A DNA stretch of 64,000 nt from Schmidtea polychroa (lineage: Eukaryota), in the NCBI GenBank assembly GCA_044892525.1, contig CM097885.1, positions 235,724,001-235,788,000 of the forward strand, given 5' to 3'. Within the stretch, counting starts at the first letter, position 1. The number at the start of each line of letters is the position of its first letter. Of this stretch, positions 23,683 through 36,330 are shown one piece after another. A program made the position numbers and the translations under genes. The notes under the pieces were generated by a model that searched no databases, had not been told where the DNA came from, and saw only the letters and a list, made by a program, of their open reading frames with translations.

Positions 23683-26600
23683 TCAATATCTCAATATCTC
23701 CTTTTCTTTACATCTAGTTATCATCACACATAGTTTTTTTTCTTCTCCAGGAATCGCTTCAATTACCCTCCCCATTGGCCACTGCAACTGCCCATTATGC
23801 CGCATTTTCAGGAATTTATTGATTCGCTCTATTTCCCGTGTCAGTTTATCCATTTCCCCCTTCATTTCCTGCATTTCCTTCGCCATCCTATCACTGTCAG
23901 CCTTCACCTGGTGAATGATGTGCACATTTCCATTCAATTCTTGACATTTTCTGTCGACAATTTTCATTTGCTGTTCTAATTCCAACTGATTGATAGATTC
24001 AATTTGCTCATTTATCGATTTGACCGTATAATTTCTGCACCTGAAATTTATCTCGATATCCATCTGATCCAATTTGATCCACAAATTATTATTGCTATTT
24101 CTCATCATGATTTTCAGCTCTTGATTTTCTGGCTTTATCGCACTGATTTCATTTCTTAATGATTCAATTGATTCATCTTTTTTCATATCATTTATCTTTA
24201 GCTCATTCATTTCCTTTCTCAATTCTTCGATCATTTCAATTAATATTTTATTGTGGTTGTCAATATTAGAGATGGAATGCTCATTCAATTTATCCTGATA
24301 CTTAGTTCGTAAATCTTTCTTTTCAAGCCTTTTAGCTAAACTTCGCAGCCGACTTTCTGCCATTTTATCACTATTGGGCAAGATGTTGGTGACTCTTTCC
24401 ATGGAACTTTTACCTCGAAATTTCCGTCTATTTTTATCATCTCAGATTTTGTTTTCTCATAAATCAACTGGTCTTTTGCTACAAATATATTTTCCTTTAA
24501 GCCACTTTCGTCAATATCCCAAAATCGTTCCATTTGTCTTTCCAAATCATCGCAATTACCAAAGAACTTTTTTATAAAATTGCTTTGATGATTCCAAGTT
24601 CTTCCCACTGAGGTTCTTCTAACACATGTCCAGCCAAGTGGAGTTAAACGGGCAATCGGTTCATCCAACTTACCACTGATTTCTTTGAGTGGTCGTTGAA
24701 GCGTTAAATAATCAGCCCCAATTAAAACTTCAACTGCCTGTCTTTCGTCTAGCATCGGAAAATGGATGCCCTTAAGGTGAGTCCACTTATGTTTTTCTCT
24801 CGCCCAAATTTTACCCTCATTTCTCCCGTGATATTTTCTACGGCCAGTGCATTGAAGTTCTTAGTTAATCGGTCGTCGTTACTAATTAACTTCATGGTCA
24901 CTGGAGTAGCCATCATTTGTTGTACATTACCGCCGATAACCCCTATCGGTGTCCTCTTTTCAACCCCTTTTAAACCAAGCTCCTTTAAAATTTTTAGATT
25001 GATGTAGCTTACTGAGCTTGCATCATCTAACAGTGCATTGACTTTTATTTTCTTGTTCCCATTTTCCAGGTAGATTGGAATTGTTCTTAAACTAAGGTAA
25101 GGTCTTAGGTTTTTCTCGTTCATTCCTTTCTAGGTCAACATCGTGTTGTTACCTTTTTCACTCCCATCACTGAGCTGTCTTTCATGTAATAATTCGTTGT
25201 GTCTTTGCTTACATTCGGTAACCTTGCAGAAAGATTCTTTACGACATTCCTTGACCATGTGATTTCTTTTGAAGCAATTCCTAAACAGTTTCTTTTCTTT
25301 GATGACTTTCTTCCTTTTTGAAATTGTGAGTTGCTTGAACTTGTCACATTGGTCCAGGTAATGTTGACCACCACATTGTACACACTCTAATCTATAAAGG
25401 TTAGAGTTATTCGACTGTATGACCGTTCCACTTTTAACTATGCCATCTGGTAGCCTTGTAAAATGCGTCCAGCCTCCTGGATAGAAGCTTTCTCTTCCTC
25501 TAGACACACCTTCTACTCTTGGCCCATCATAAGTCCTGGTGTTTGGTTGAAACCCATATACGACCTCGTCAGTAGATCTTAGGATCTCCGCTTTTTGTTG
25601 TATCCATCTTCTCAAATCCTCTATCGTCTCTCGCAATTCCTTTTCTATTTTGTCTTTCTTCTATTTATAAACAAGATTTGTGGTTAACATGCCCAAATAC
25701 TTTTGAAAAAGACATCCAGTCTTTAACTCGGATTCTTTCCCAGTGAATTTAAATCGAACGGTGATTGTTTCTAATAATCCAACAAATAAGTCTAAATCCT
25801 TCAAATCTCTTTCTCGAATTGGCCTGAACTTGTCCATCTCATCTAACAATGATAAATATTTCTTTCATCCCCACCATATCGCCTATCCAACTTCTCTTTT
25901 GCCATTTGATAGGCCTCTGCGAAATATCCTACATTTTCAATTAATTTTAAAGGCTCTCCGTGAAGGTACTTATGCAGGTAAAACATCTTTTCAATCTCAT
26001 CACCTTCCGCTTCGTCAACACACGCAATAAAAGCTGCTGTCCATGGTTTGTACTCTTTCATCTTGCCTTTAAAGACAGGTATTGTAATTTTTTGTAGACT
26101 TTCTAGTTTTCTTTTACGCACTGAATTATTTTTCTTGATTGTATCATCATTCTCATTTTCCTTCGCTTTCCTTTTCTTTCCATCAGTGCCCAATCATTTG
26201 ATGTTTTTCCTCGATCTCTTGCAGGCGATGTCCAATCTTTGCAATTTTTTACTAATCCCCTGATTCTTCATCTAGACTCTCCTTTTGATCTTCATATTCA
26301 TCCAACCATTCACTGACTTCCTTCCCATTTATATTATTGAGAATCTTGTTTCTCACTCTCGTTAATTTTCCTTTTTTCATTCTGTTTTTTCACAGTCCTT
26401 CTTCTAAAATCTCTTCGTCATTGCCACCACACAGCCTGAGTGACAAATGAAGTGTCGAACCTACTTGTATGCTATAGTCGTTCAATATTCTTTTATTTTC
26501 TAATTGCATTCCGGCGTAGACTAACGTTTGATAATTTTCCGGAATTCCTTCTTTGTTTTGAATTTTTTCTTTTACATTTTCAATCGTGTCATTCAATTCA

Positions 26601-26752
26601 ACGTCAAGAGTAATTGTCTTACTACTAGTAAGAGTTTTGATAAATATTTGCTTCCTACTTCTCAATCGAAACTCTTCTTCTTCCTCTATTCGATAACTAC
26701 AAGCCTCAAAACCCATTACTCCGCTCACCCTCAACCTTGACTTAGCTCGCAA
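23683..26752 (-). mobile_element. Internally deleted BEL/Pao LTR retrotransposon
   Basis: DUF1759-like gag (IPVFKG...YLHKYLHGEP...KLDRRYG). BEL Zn knuckles (CVQCGGQHYLDQC...NCFKRNHMVKEC...CKQRHNELLH). Protease ALLDDAS, VLIGAD, LTPLGW and FWDID. LPNSDKMAESRL. DUF5641-like WPMGRVIEAIPG. Confidence 0.92.
26423..26653 (-). pseudogene. Ubiquitin domain in frame with BEL gag N-terminus
   Basis: [16 protein letters not shown]...[12 protein letters not shown], 52/76 identical to canonical ubiquitin by manual count. Confidence 0.92.
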
Positions 26753-26781
26753 AAACGCTGAGCTTTTTATTTTATTTTTAT

Positions 26782-27459
26782 TTAAACAGTTCCCGCTTTA
26801 GAAGAGTGCTGGGGCCCATAGCAGCACTTTTTCACACTCGATAAAGAAGAGAGGATGGTTAATTTTACATATATAACTTCAAAATAAAATGAAAATAAAT
26901 GAAAATAGTTTAAAGAAAACCATAATTCACCATTGATTAGCCAGGGCTGTCTCCACTGCTCCATTGGTGCGTAGCCCCCTGAAGGAAACCACGCTCTGCT
27001 ACCATGTTTAAATGTCGAACGGAACATGTTGGCTCTGATAAACTCGCTCTTGTATTGAGCATCATCTTCTTTCGAAGCATCAGCTAAAAGCCTTTGACTT
27101 GATTCCTCAAATAGTAATAACTCATGTTCGGGGATAACGGCAAGCATAATGACCAATTTATAGAGATTCGTGTCCAAATTTCCATGTGTCTGTTCCAGTT
27201 TTATTGTTCGAATATATAGAAATTCATATTTGGATAATGGATCAACTATCCGCTTAAAGTCAATCATTTCTGAACCTTCAACTGATTTGAATTTATTCAA
27301 CTTTATTTGATCAAGATTTAATTTCCATACGATTACATAATCACATAAATCCACACTTCCAAGGAATGAGTTAGTTTAGTTGATTAATTTCGTTATTGAT
27401 TCTGAATGTCCATATAATATATCACTCTGCTTGCCATCTTCTAAACTCCATACAAACAT
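26782..27459 (-). pseudogene. WD40-like repeat fragment fused to an unknown ~190-aa ORF
   Basis: In-frame extension above ORF 26782..27354 reads MFVWSLEDGKQSDILYGHSESITKLIN*TNSFLGSVDLCDYVIVWKL, a GH...W pattern. Confidence 0.45.
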
Positions 27460-27719
27460 AATATAATTTTCCATTTTGAAATTAATAAACGAATTTTTAA
27501 AAACTTTGTATTTTCAAAAACAATCACAAAACTTACCAAATTTAAAGAACTGATATAAATCCAAAAAAATAAAACTTGACATAAATCCTAAAATTGAAAA
27601 AACTGAAATCCAAAACTGTGATAACAACTCGACAATTGTCCGCGTCTGTGTGCGCACACAAATAAATCCAATGTCAAAGTAAAAAACGCACACAGACGCG
27701 AGACATAAACTGATAATTC

Positions 27720-28427
27720 AAAACTATTTCCTGATTCCCAATTGTCTTGGGTTGGGGTTATTGATCTCTCTCTTTGTACTGGAATTATCGCAAATACCTC
27801 AGATTTATTTTTAGAGCTCTTTAGATTCAATTCAATTTTCATAGCCTTTTTTACTAGTTCATCAAAATTGTCATAGTCTACAATTGCCGCCTTTATTTCT
27901 TTATTTACTCCTGACAAAAATTGGTCTTGAATCAGCTCCTGCATCTGTTTGGCTAATCCTGGTTGTCTTGAATCTTCTTCATAGGATTTGCTAGCAAGGG
28001 TTGATAAGTGATACGCAAATTCGCTCACTGTTTCATTTGGATTTTGGACTCTATTATAAAATTTTTGATGCATTAATCTCTTAATATCTCCTTCAATAAG
28101 TTTAACAACCAGTGCATCTTTAAACTTGGCCCAATCATTGGCGATTGTTTTCCTGTCAATTTGTTGCCAAACCTCTCTAGCTGCCCCTTTAAGATATAAG
28201 GGTAATCTTTGAATCATGATTGCTTGAGACCATCCATAAGCCGTTGCATACATATAGTAATCGCTCATAAAATCAACAAAAATAACTGGATCTCCTCCAT
28301 ATTGCTCTACTGCCAATCTTTGACAACTGGCAAAATCATTATTTTCTTTAACAACTGAAACTGGCAAATCTTCACTGCTCATTATCGCTTCCTTTTTATT
28401 CTTACTACGAAAATAATATCGATTCAC
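27720..28427 (-). pseudogene. Ty3/gypsy gag (capsid domain), 3'-truncated
   Basis: YGGDP, YGWSQ, LPLYLKGAAREVW, RVQNPNETVSEFAYHL and DQFLSGV. Lies downstream of the LTR and PBS. Confidence 0.85.
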
Positions 28428-28580
28428 TTTAATAAATTATTTTCTCAAATTGCACAAAATCTAAATCTCAAATTATTATTACAATAAACAATTTACCTTT
28501 CCAAAATCTCTTTTATAATTTCAATTCACCACACTTCATTTTCACAATGTTCCTTTCAACAATCTTTTCACCAACTTTCG

Positions 28581-28598
28581 ATCACGTCGGGCTCACCA
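28581..28598 (-). promoter_or_regulatory. Primer-binding site complementary to the tRNA-Trp 3' end
   Basis: Minus strand TGGTGAGCCCGACGTGAT, 5 nt after the LTR end ...CCCAACA. Confidence 0.85.
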
Positions 28599-28603
28599 AA
28601 ATA

Positions 28604-29260
28604 TGTTGGGTTATTAGGTTGGTGAAAATGTTTGTAAATTCAAACTTTTACTCTGACTCCAAAGCGTGTTTATTAATTTACAATTCAACACTCTCGAACA
28701 CGATAAGCTTTATTAATATTCGCACTGGATTGTACAAATTTCAATTACAATCAATTAACTATAAACCAATTTATTACACAGAGCTTATTTCGACACTACG
28801 TGAAGAATAGCCCTTTCTGTAACCACAACAATAATCACTAGCCGTCAACTACTCAATTACAGGGTACGTTGAATGATTGTTCTATTTGCTTTGACCACCA
28901 AATTTATTTACTCCACTTCCACTTTATATTCAATTTTACAAAAGTTTCTCGTCACTTCTCGTTTCAATCTGTTCTGACTCTGTTTGATTCTCCCTTTAAA
29001 TGTTCTTTTAAATTCTCCCTTTGATTCTCATTTTAACTCTCGTTTTCTTCTCTCATTGACTCCTTTTTTCTCTAATTTTGTTCTACTTTTGTTTCTACTT
29101 TTTTCTACTTTTTGTTCTGATTTCTCGGTCAACTGTTCTGCTTTATATAGTCTGTTTCATTTGTGGCACTGGTGACAGGTTCTGTTTTCCATTTTCTGTT
29201 TTCCATTTTCTGTTTTCCACCGCTTGGGCCAACGATTTGGTATACCGCATATTTTCTTAA
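28604..29260 (-). mobile_element. 5' LTR of the gypsy gag element (start not resolved)
   Basis: Ends GGAGTCAG...AATAACCCAACA. Shares blocks with 44149-45071. Confidence 0.75.
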
Positions 29261-29754
29261 TTTCATTTGTAGGTTTTATATATGTAGTTTTTTGTTTATA
29301 TTATATAATTTAATGAACTCTTTCTAAAAATGGTATATAAGATAAATATTTCATAAATGATTTAATAATGTTATCAAATATAAATTTTAAAGGAAATTTC
29401 TATGTGTCAAAAATGACGTTCCCAAATGGAAAACCACATAAAATTATTTATAGAAGCCAATCCATCTACTATAGTACCTTATGCGGAATTCCGTCTCTCA
29501 AGAATAATCATTCTTAATTTTGTATTTTTAAAAAGCAAATATTCTTTGTTTAAATTCACGAAACTTATCTAGTTTATTTCAGATCTATTTTCTGTGTTAG
29601 TTTAAATAAAGTTTAATTCCCCTTTTTTGGATTGAAGTTTTCTTTGATTACTATTTGTAATTCAGGTTAATTTTCAGAGATCATTTTGAAATTAGGAAAA
29701 ATTCTATTCTTGAAATGAGCAGTCAAATTTAGTGGTCGTTTTGAGGTAACAAAA

Positions 29755-30721
29755 TTTGGCCATTTTGCTGAAGAAGATTTTTGAAAATATCCCAATGCCA
29801 CCAAATGTAGTGAATATATCTATTCTTTTTTCGGATCTACATACCTTTGCGAATCAGCATTTTCATATTTGAAGCTAACAAAGATTATAAAACGTTCTGT
29901 GCTGACTGAGTTCCATACAGAAGACTCATTAATAATATCTTTGTCGGGATATACACCTGATTATGATTCCTTGGTTAGAGACATGCAAACTCAGTCTTCC
30001 CATCAATGTTAAGGGAACAAAGTAAATTCTAAATCTGTATTTAACTGTGGCTACTTTGAATTAATAAATATTGTTAATAATTATCGATGTTCTTTTAATT
30101 CCCCTGGACGCGAGTATTTGGCCCTTTAAATAATTATTGTTCATGTTTTTTACTTAGGTAGATAAGCCGTATATCTATATTTCAGAACGAGATGTACTTA
30201 CGATCTATTGATCAATTAGCAAAAGTAATTCATATTATTCTCTCGTGAAAAATTTTCTTGACCCAAAAAAACAAGAAAATGAAATATTTTAATCAAATTA
30301 TCAGCCATATTGTGCATTTTTATAACAACTTTTTTATATTTACGAACACATATTACAACAACTATACATTGCAGTTGATAAAAAAACTAAATTGCATTTT
30401 AAGTTAGTAAAAATCTATCTCGAAAAAGTGTTGTAAAATAGAATTTTTAGTACCGCATGTACGGAATGTGCTATCAAAAGTTTGGTCTGGGAATTTATTT
30501 TATTCAGGAGCCTAAATCTCGAAAACTAATAAGTGATTTAAAAATAAAAATTTTACGTATCTACCCATACTTCCCTGGAATGCATATTATGCTGAAACAC
30601 AGTGTATAAACATAGTATGCATTACACACCCATTATTCTCCCTTAGACGGCAGTAAGTCGATCTCGACACACTCTTAACAAAAAAAGTAGATCTTGTATA
30701 TAGAAAAGTTGGACACCCCTG
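29755..30721 (+). mobile_element. hAT Buster/Charlie 3' fragment
   Basis: FGSTYLCESAFS...QTQSSH* near 30012. Right TIR TTGGACACCCCTG at 30721, followed by CTTTAAGG (nnnTAnnn). Confidence 0.85.
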
Positions 30722-32665
30722 CTTTAAGGTATGTTGATTGATTTTCTAAAGTTTTCAGTTCAGCTCTATTTAATAGTGCTACTTTCATTTTCACGGGTTC
30801 ATCCATGGTGGGTCATAAATTTTGTTTTCTCTCAAAAATGATTTAAAAGATAGACGCCATCATAGAAAACACCATTGGATAGAGCGCACAAAATTATAGA
30901 CACACCAAGATGTAACCATAAATGTTTAAGAACTTTTATATTAGAAGAAATTGTAAGAGTTCTTTGTTAAATGGTGCTAGCCGAATTTTTGAGAAGTCGT
31001 TGTCTCAAAATACTAAGGGTAACAGAAAAAATATTTTGAAAAAAAATATTATGTAAAAAAATAATTAGAAAATCTTTCAATTAAAGTTTGACTTATTTAT
31101 AATGACTCCATGACTTTGATAAATGACATAGTTGAATTTTTGCAAAAAAAATTTCTAGGGTAAAGGTCTTTGTTATAACATAACCGAATTAAAAAAGATC
31201 ATACTTTTCACATGATACCAACTTCAAAAACGTGTCTGAAAACATGAGTCATAACAAAGAGCATGACACATTAAAATTATTGCTGACTTATTCCGCGTCT
31301 AATGAATTATTACTCCGATGAATCATATTTTCGAAAGCCAATCAGAACGCTATGTGCTGGATAACTCACATCTATCTACTGGTTTATATTTTTCACTGAT
31401 ATTTTCATTTCTGTAATGCTTAAAAAAGTCTTTTAATTAATGATCAGTTCAACTTTTGTTTCATTTTAATTAAATATTTTTGTCAGAATAAATATATTTT
31501 TTTTGGTTTTACTGATAGCTAATTTTGAGAAGCCAATTTCATATAAGTATGGTTAACAAAAGGTTGAATTAATATTATAGTTTATTGAAGTTTTATTATA
31601 AAAATTAAACATGAAACACAAATCAGAACATTTAATTTATTTAAAAGTTTTTCAATCCCATTATTATAATTATATTTATTATAACTTCCCGAAAAAATTA
31701 CCTATTGGGATCGTAACATATATATATCTGCACAGGGAATGTATTATCTAAAATTAAAATAAAACCAATTAATATATAATTAACGAAACAAAACAACTAT
31801 ATTATTAATTCAAAAAACAATAAGATTATTCATTAATAATAAAAAAAACTGTATACATTAATTCAACTGCATATAATAATAGAAAAACTAGGAACATAGT
31901 CCGATACAAATTTATTAATTATTTTGTAAAGTGTTATTTATTACTCACCTGAATCAATTTTAATAACTCCACTGTATCACCTTCACTGGAAGTCTCGCTG
32001 ACATATTCATCATCATCATCAGAGAAAGAACTCAGACTATCAGTTACATATATATCAACAGTTTCTAGATCAGTTTCATTAGCTTCATTAAAATAAAATG
32101 TTAAATAAAAAAAGGAAATTTCAAAACACTAATGACACCTACCTATACTATGATATGCAAAAAATGTTATTCTAATATATTTTTAAACTTTTTCGATTTT
32201 TTTTAATTGAGATCAGATTTTAGATTTTTTTTGATTAGTTGTCAAATGAGAATTTTTTTATAATATTTGTTTATAATATTCAAAAATCGTTTATATTTTC
32301 GACCTCCTTGTCTATATTTACACTTGTCAAAATGATGTTAAACAAATATTTTTATTAATAGATAAAGTTTCACACCATTTTCATAATGGTTTTAGTAGTA
32401 GATAGAATAAAACTAGCATGAAACATAAATCCAATATGAAGTTCGAAATTAATTTCCAAAAAAAATCCAATTACTGTACCCGGGGTACTGTATTTGGACG
32501 AATGTTGCTATTAGTGTATCCGGGGTACTCTATTGGGGGATGTACTATATTCAGAACCTTACGGTATGTAGAATTATTTTTTGTGGAATTCCGCATTTAT
32601 TTACAATTGCGTCATCAAATGTATATTTATACAAAATACAAATAAGAATTTCAGTGAACCTACAA

Positions 32666-33385
32666 ATGAATTTTCCGTACAAAAGATTATCTGAAGAATA
32701 TTTCGAAGACCCCATTATGACTTGTGCAATTTGTCAAAAGAATATTAATCCCAATAATAGGTTACGACTTCCCAACTGCAATCATGAGTATCATTTTAAT
32801 TGTCTTTTCATTCATAATTTTGATAAACAATCTGTGTGTCCCATTTGTCATGAACCGTATAATAAAACGGAATTTATTGGAAATGAAAATATACATTCAA
32901 GAGTTGTAGTGAAAAATTACATTTATGACTATCGAATTGGTCTCAGCCATTATGTCAATGACGAACAAAAAGGATATTCTTATATGATCGGCCTGTACCG
33001 ACCAGTGTATCCATTTGTTTTTACAATCACCGTCAACAGTACCAAGCATAATTGGAATTTATATTGTAAAAGTAAATACAAAACTTTTGTCATCAGTCAG
33101 GAGAATGAAAAGATATTAAACTCATTGCAGAGCGATTCAAGAAATACATTATATGAATACAATTTGAAGCCTGTTGTAAAAGAAAAACAAATCAAAGAAA
33201 TCAATGCTCGTGTTCTCATGTCAGGAGCATTTGTTATATTGGGAGAAATTTTGTTAAATGACGGATTGAACGAAGCCGATATTCCCGGAATGTCAGAGAT
33301 GGAATCAGTGGGAAAGCATATTTCGTATCCTAAATTGGGTATTCTTCCACAAACAAGTTTATCAAAAATGAGACTGTTGAAATAA
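32666..33385 (+). CDS. RING-H2 finger protein plus unknown C-terminal domain, copy 1 (239 aa)
   Basis: CAIC...CNHEYHFNC...CPIC (C3H2C3) in an intact ORF. Confidence 0.85.
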   Translation: MNFPYKRLSEEYFEDPIMTCAICQKNINPNNRLRLPNCNHEYHFNCLFIHNFDKQSVCPICHEPYNKTEFIGNENIHSRVVVKNYIYDYRIGLSHYVNDEQKGYSYMIGLYRPVYPFVFTITVNSTKHNWNLYCKSKYKTFVISQENEKILNSLQSDSRNTLYEYNLKPVVKEKQIKEINARVLMSGAFVILGEILLNDGLNEADIPGMSEMESVGKHISYPKLGILPQTSLSKMRLLK

Positions 33386-33812
33386 TTTACCTTTTCTCCT
33401 AGCGATAATTTCTGCGAAAGGAAGGATGATATTCATCGCTTGCTATAATTATCTGTTATACAAGTCCCTTTATACTAAGCTGTAATTAGATTTATAAGGT
33501 TTTTTGATTATTTAAATATTTTTCTCATTGATTTCATTAATTTTTATTCTAAGAAATACATTTTTTAAACATTTAAAAGGGAACATTTAGGATTGTAATA
33601 TATATCCAATTAGAAAACATTGAGCGCATTTATAATGTTAACACTGCCGGGTTCTGGTAGAATAAAATTTAAATTAAGACCTTGATTCAATAGCTACTAC
33701 GAAAACACATAATTTAATCCACCTAGATAATATACCAATTTATTTAGAATTTAGAGAAAAATAAGTTGCGTTTGTCAAGACTGCTAAGCCAATTACTTTC
33801 TTGGGTTCAAAA

Positions 33813-33935
33813 TAGAGTTGCCACACGTCCTGCTTTCGGTAGAACTGTCCTACAATACGGATATTTGCCATACGTACTACTGTAGTAGGTTATTGATTTG
33901 TCCTACTTTGAGCCTTTCAACATGTGACAACCCTA
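33813..33935. mobile_element. hAT (Blackjack-like) MITE
   Basis: TAGAGTTGCCACA / TGTGACAACCCTA. TSD GTTCAAAA / GTTCAAAG. Confidence 0.8.
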
Positions 33936-34447
33936 GTTCAAAGTAACCAATAGAAGTTTTTTCGCTGTCCTTTTTAATAATGTGTCTTAATCAGCGCGTC
34001 GAATCATATGGCATGCATTTATACTTTAGATTAACATTCCTTAATCATTTCACATTAGTTTCGTTTTATAGATCAAAATATATGCACTGATTTCCGATTT
34101 TGACTCTTAACCATCTTACCTATCATTGTACATCCTTTAAAATTAATTAACTAAAGTGTTTTAGTATTAAAAGAATAAAATCTAACCTGCTTGTAGAATG
34201 TTAAAGCCTTCTTATGGTTTCTCGGCAATAAAAGTGTAAAACATGAGTCAGGATGATTTTCCAAAGGCGATATTGCGGGGTGTGTTAGCATTTCACCAAC
34301 CACAGCTAATAATTGCCTATGTTACGGCGCGTCCGACATAGAAACCGTGCAATTACTAACGCTCCGAGGTCAATTTTTACTTTATTGTAAAGATAATTAT
34401 TTAAATGTGTTGAAAGCACGGTGCTATAAATCTGCAACTACAATTTG

Positions 34448-35490
34448 TTAAAATTTATCTGTCCATGCAGATTTCAGAAGGTGAACCAAAGTATCACAAA
34501 CGATAATTGTATCAATAATGTTAGTATAGATGAACATTTGTCCATAATGTTTAAGTATTTTTGGTTTGCGTACACCATCAGCATTTCCTCGATATGTTTG
34601 TTTCACTAATCCAAGTGTATTAGTCGAATTTTTATCAAATGTCACTTCACAAATATCATCATTCAGGCTGAATTTAAATGATAAATCTTTAACGATTTCC
34701 AAATTTTTAAAGATGTGTGAGGAATTGATTTTTAAATATTTAAATAATTCTTCAAGTTTTTCAATGTATAAATTGTCAGTAAACGTGAATGATTGTTCAA
34801 CTTCATTATTATAAGACTTATATTTTGATTTATTCTTTCAAATAACTGCTTGCTTCAACTAAATCGAAACGTAATAGGTCAGGTGTGGCCAACTTGTTTT
34901 AACTTGCGATAGACTTTGGCATTATAAAATAAATAATGATCTATCAAGTAAAAAAAAGAACGAGTAAATAAATAAAGTTAAAAAAATAAAATAACTGATT
35001 TACAGAAAGAGCTTAAAATGTTTTTATTAAATACATTTTTTTGACAAATTAAGAAATGGCATAATTTTCAAGTACTTTGAGATCGACCAAAAATAACTCT
35101 GCGATCGACTTTTTGGCCATCCCTGTAATAGTTATTCTTATTTTGGTAGAAACAATTTTTCGTTTGGCATCTTCAATATTTTCAATTAATATTGCAAACA
35201 ACATAACTTAATCCATCCCTAAAAATATGTAACAATGCGGATCTAAAATTTGATAGATTAAAATTATTGATAATGAAAATACCGCTACATATTTTTTGTA
35301 CATTCCTTTTATAACCAATCTTGAATTGACTATAAAATGGAAGTATATTGTACCCAAATACCAGTTCCCAATTACCATATAAATATATTAAACTTTGTAG
35401 ATTGACCATGAACTAACTGGTTTGATTGTCTGGATGAATTTTTGGGCAACTATTGGTTGATAAAATGGTATAAAAATTCATTTTACTAAA
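34448..35490 (-). pseudogene. Polinton PX (proposed minor capsid/penton-like) gene
   Basis: MNFYTILSTNS...LQSLIYLYGNWEL at the N-terminus and MFIYTNIIDTIIVCDTLVHLL at the C-terminus. Split by a MITE. Confidence 0.7.
34880..35125. mobile_element. hAT Buster-type MITE
   Basis: CAGGTGTGGCCAA / TTGGCCATCCCTG. TSD TAATAGGT / TAATAGTT (nnnTAnnn). Confidence 0.85.
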
Positions 35491-36330
35491 TCCTTTGCTG
35501 ATATTCATGCCACTTGACATAATATTGTTTCCTTACCCACCTTAGTTTTCAATATCTTTTGTATTCTAAATACTGAAGGCGTGGGAATAACTTGTAGTTC
35601 ATAGAATTTACCATCAACTTCATTATTGTCACAATCTTTAATGACATACTTGACCGGATTTTGAGATGCATTAATTTTTGATATTTGGAAAACTTTATCA
35701 CTCCAATTGCTATCGAAATTCTTGATGAATGGTGAAGCAGATGTTTTAGATATTTGAACATAATCATTACACTATATTTCGGGTTTGTATTTTTTTTGAA
35801 TTATAAAAATTATCTTTTAGTGTTACATCAGCCGGTTTCAACCCTTTTAGACCCTTATGAGATGAATGATTGTAACTATAAATCAATTTCGGCAAAACAT
35901 CTATGCATGTTTTATTGCATTGATGCACGAAATACCTTTTAAGTGTATCTCTCAAAGTTCGGTTAAATCGTTCAACATGAGCTGATTTGAATTGTGAAAA
36001 CACCGAATAATGATTTATTCCCTTAATAATTTTTTTAACTTCGCTATTGTAAATACTCAAATATGTTTGTAAATTCCTTGGCCTTCCTCTTTTAAATATT
36101 ATTTTAATTGAAATCGGCATTCCATTTGCAGATTTTGTTTTGACTGGAATCGCACGAGCAAATCAACTGGAAACATCAATAAATGTCAAAATATACTTGT
36201 AGCATTTGTTAGCCTTTGAAAATGGTATAATTTCCATCAAATCCATTTGCCTCAAATAATTAATACCACGCGTTTTATATGGTCTTATGGGAAATCTTTT
36301 TAGCATTGGTTTGTTTAGGCTGTATGACAG
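35480..36330 (-). pseudogene. Polinton integrase with C-terminal chromodomain
   Basis: QMDL...YKYILTFIDV, KSAHVERFNRTL, YNHSSHKGL..KPADV, PVKYVIKD..GKFY and FRIQKIL..QYYVKW, with stops and frameshifts. Confidence 0.85.

Noticed and set aside
22267-28427. Treating the gag at 27.7-28.4 kb and the pol at 20.5-22.3 kb as one gypsy split by BEL
   Set aside because: Plausible, but protease and RT are missing and no TSD or matching 3' LTR was found, so they are left as separate features.
28577-28598. tRNA-Trp-like sequence ending in CCA on the plus strand
   Set aside because: Only the 3' ~20 nt are present, next to an LTR end. It is a primer-binding site, not a tRNA gene.
31940-32100. Acidic minus-strand exon-like stretch ending in CAG|GTGAGT
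   Set aside because: No partner exons or family could be identified.
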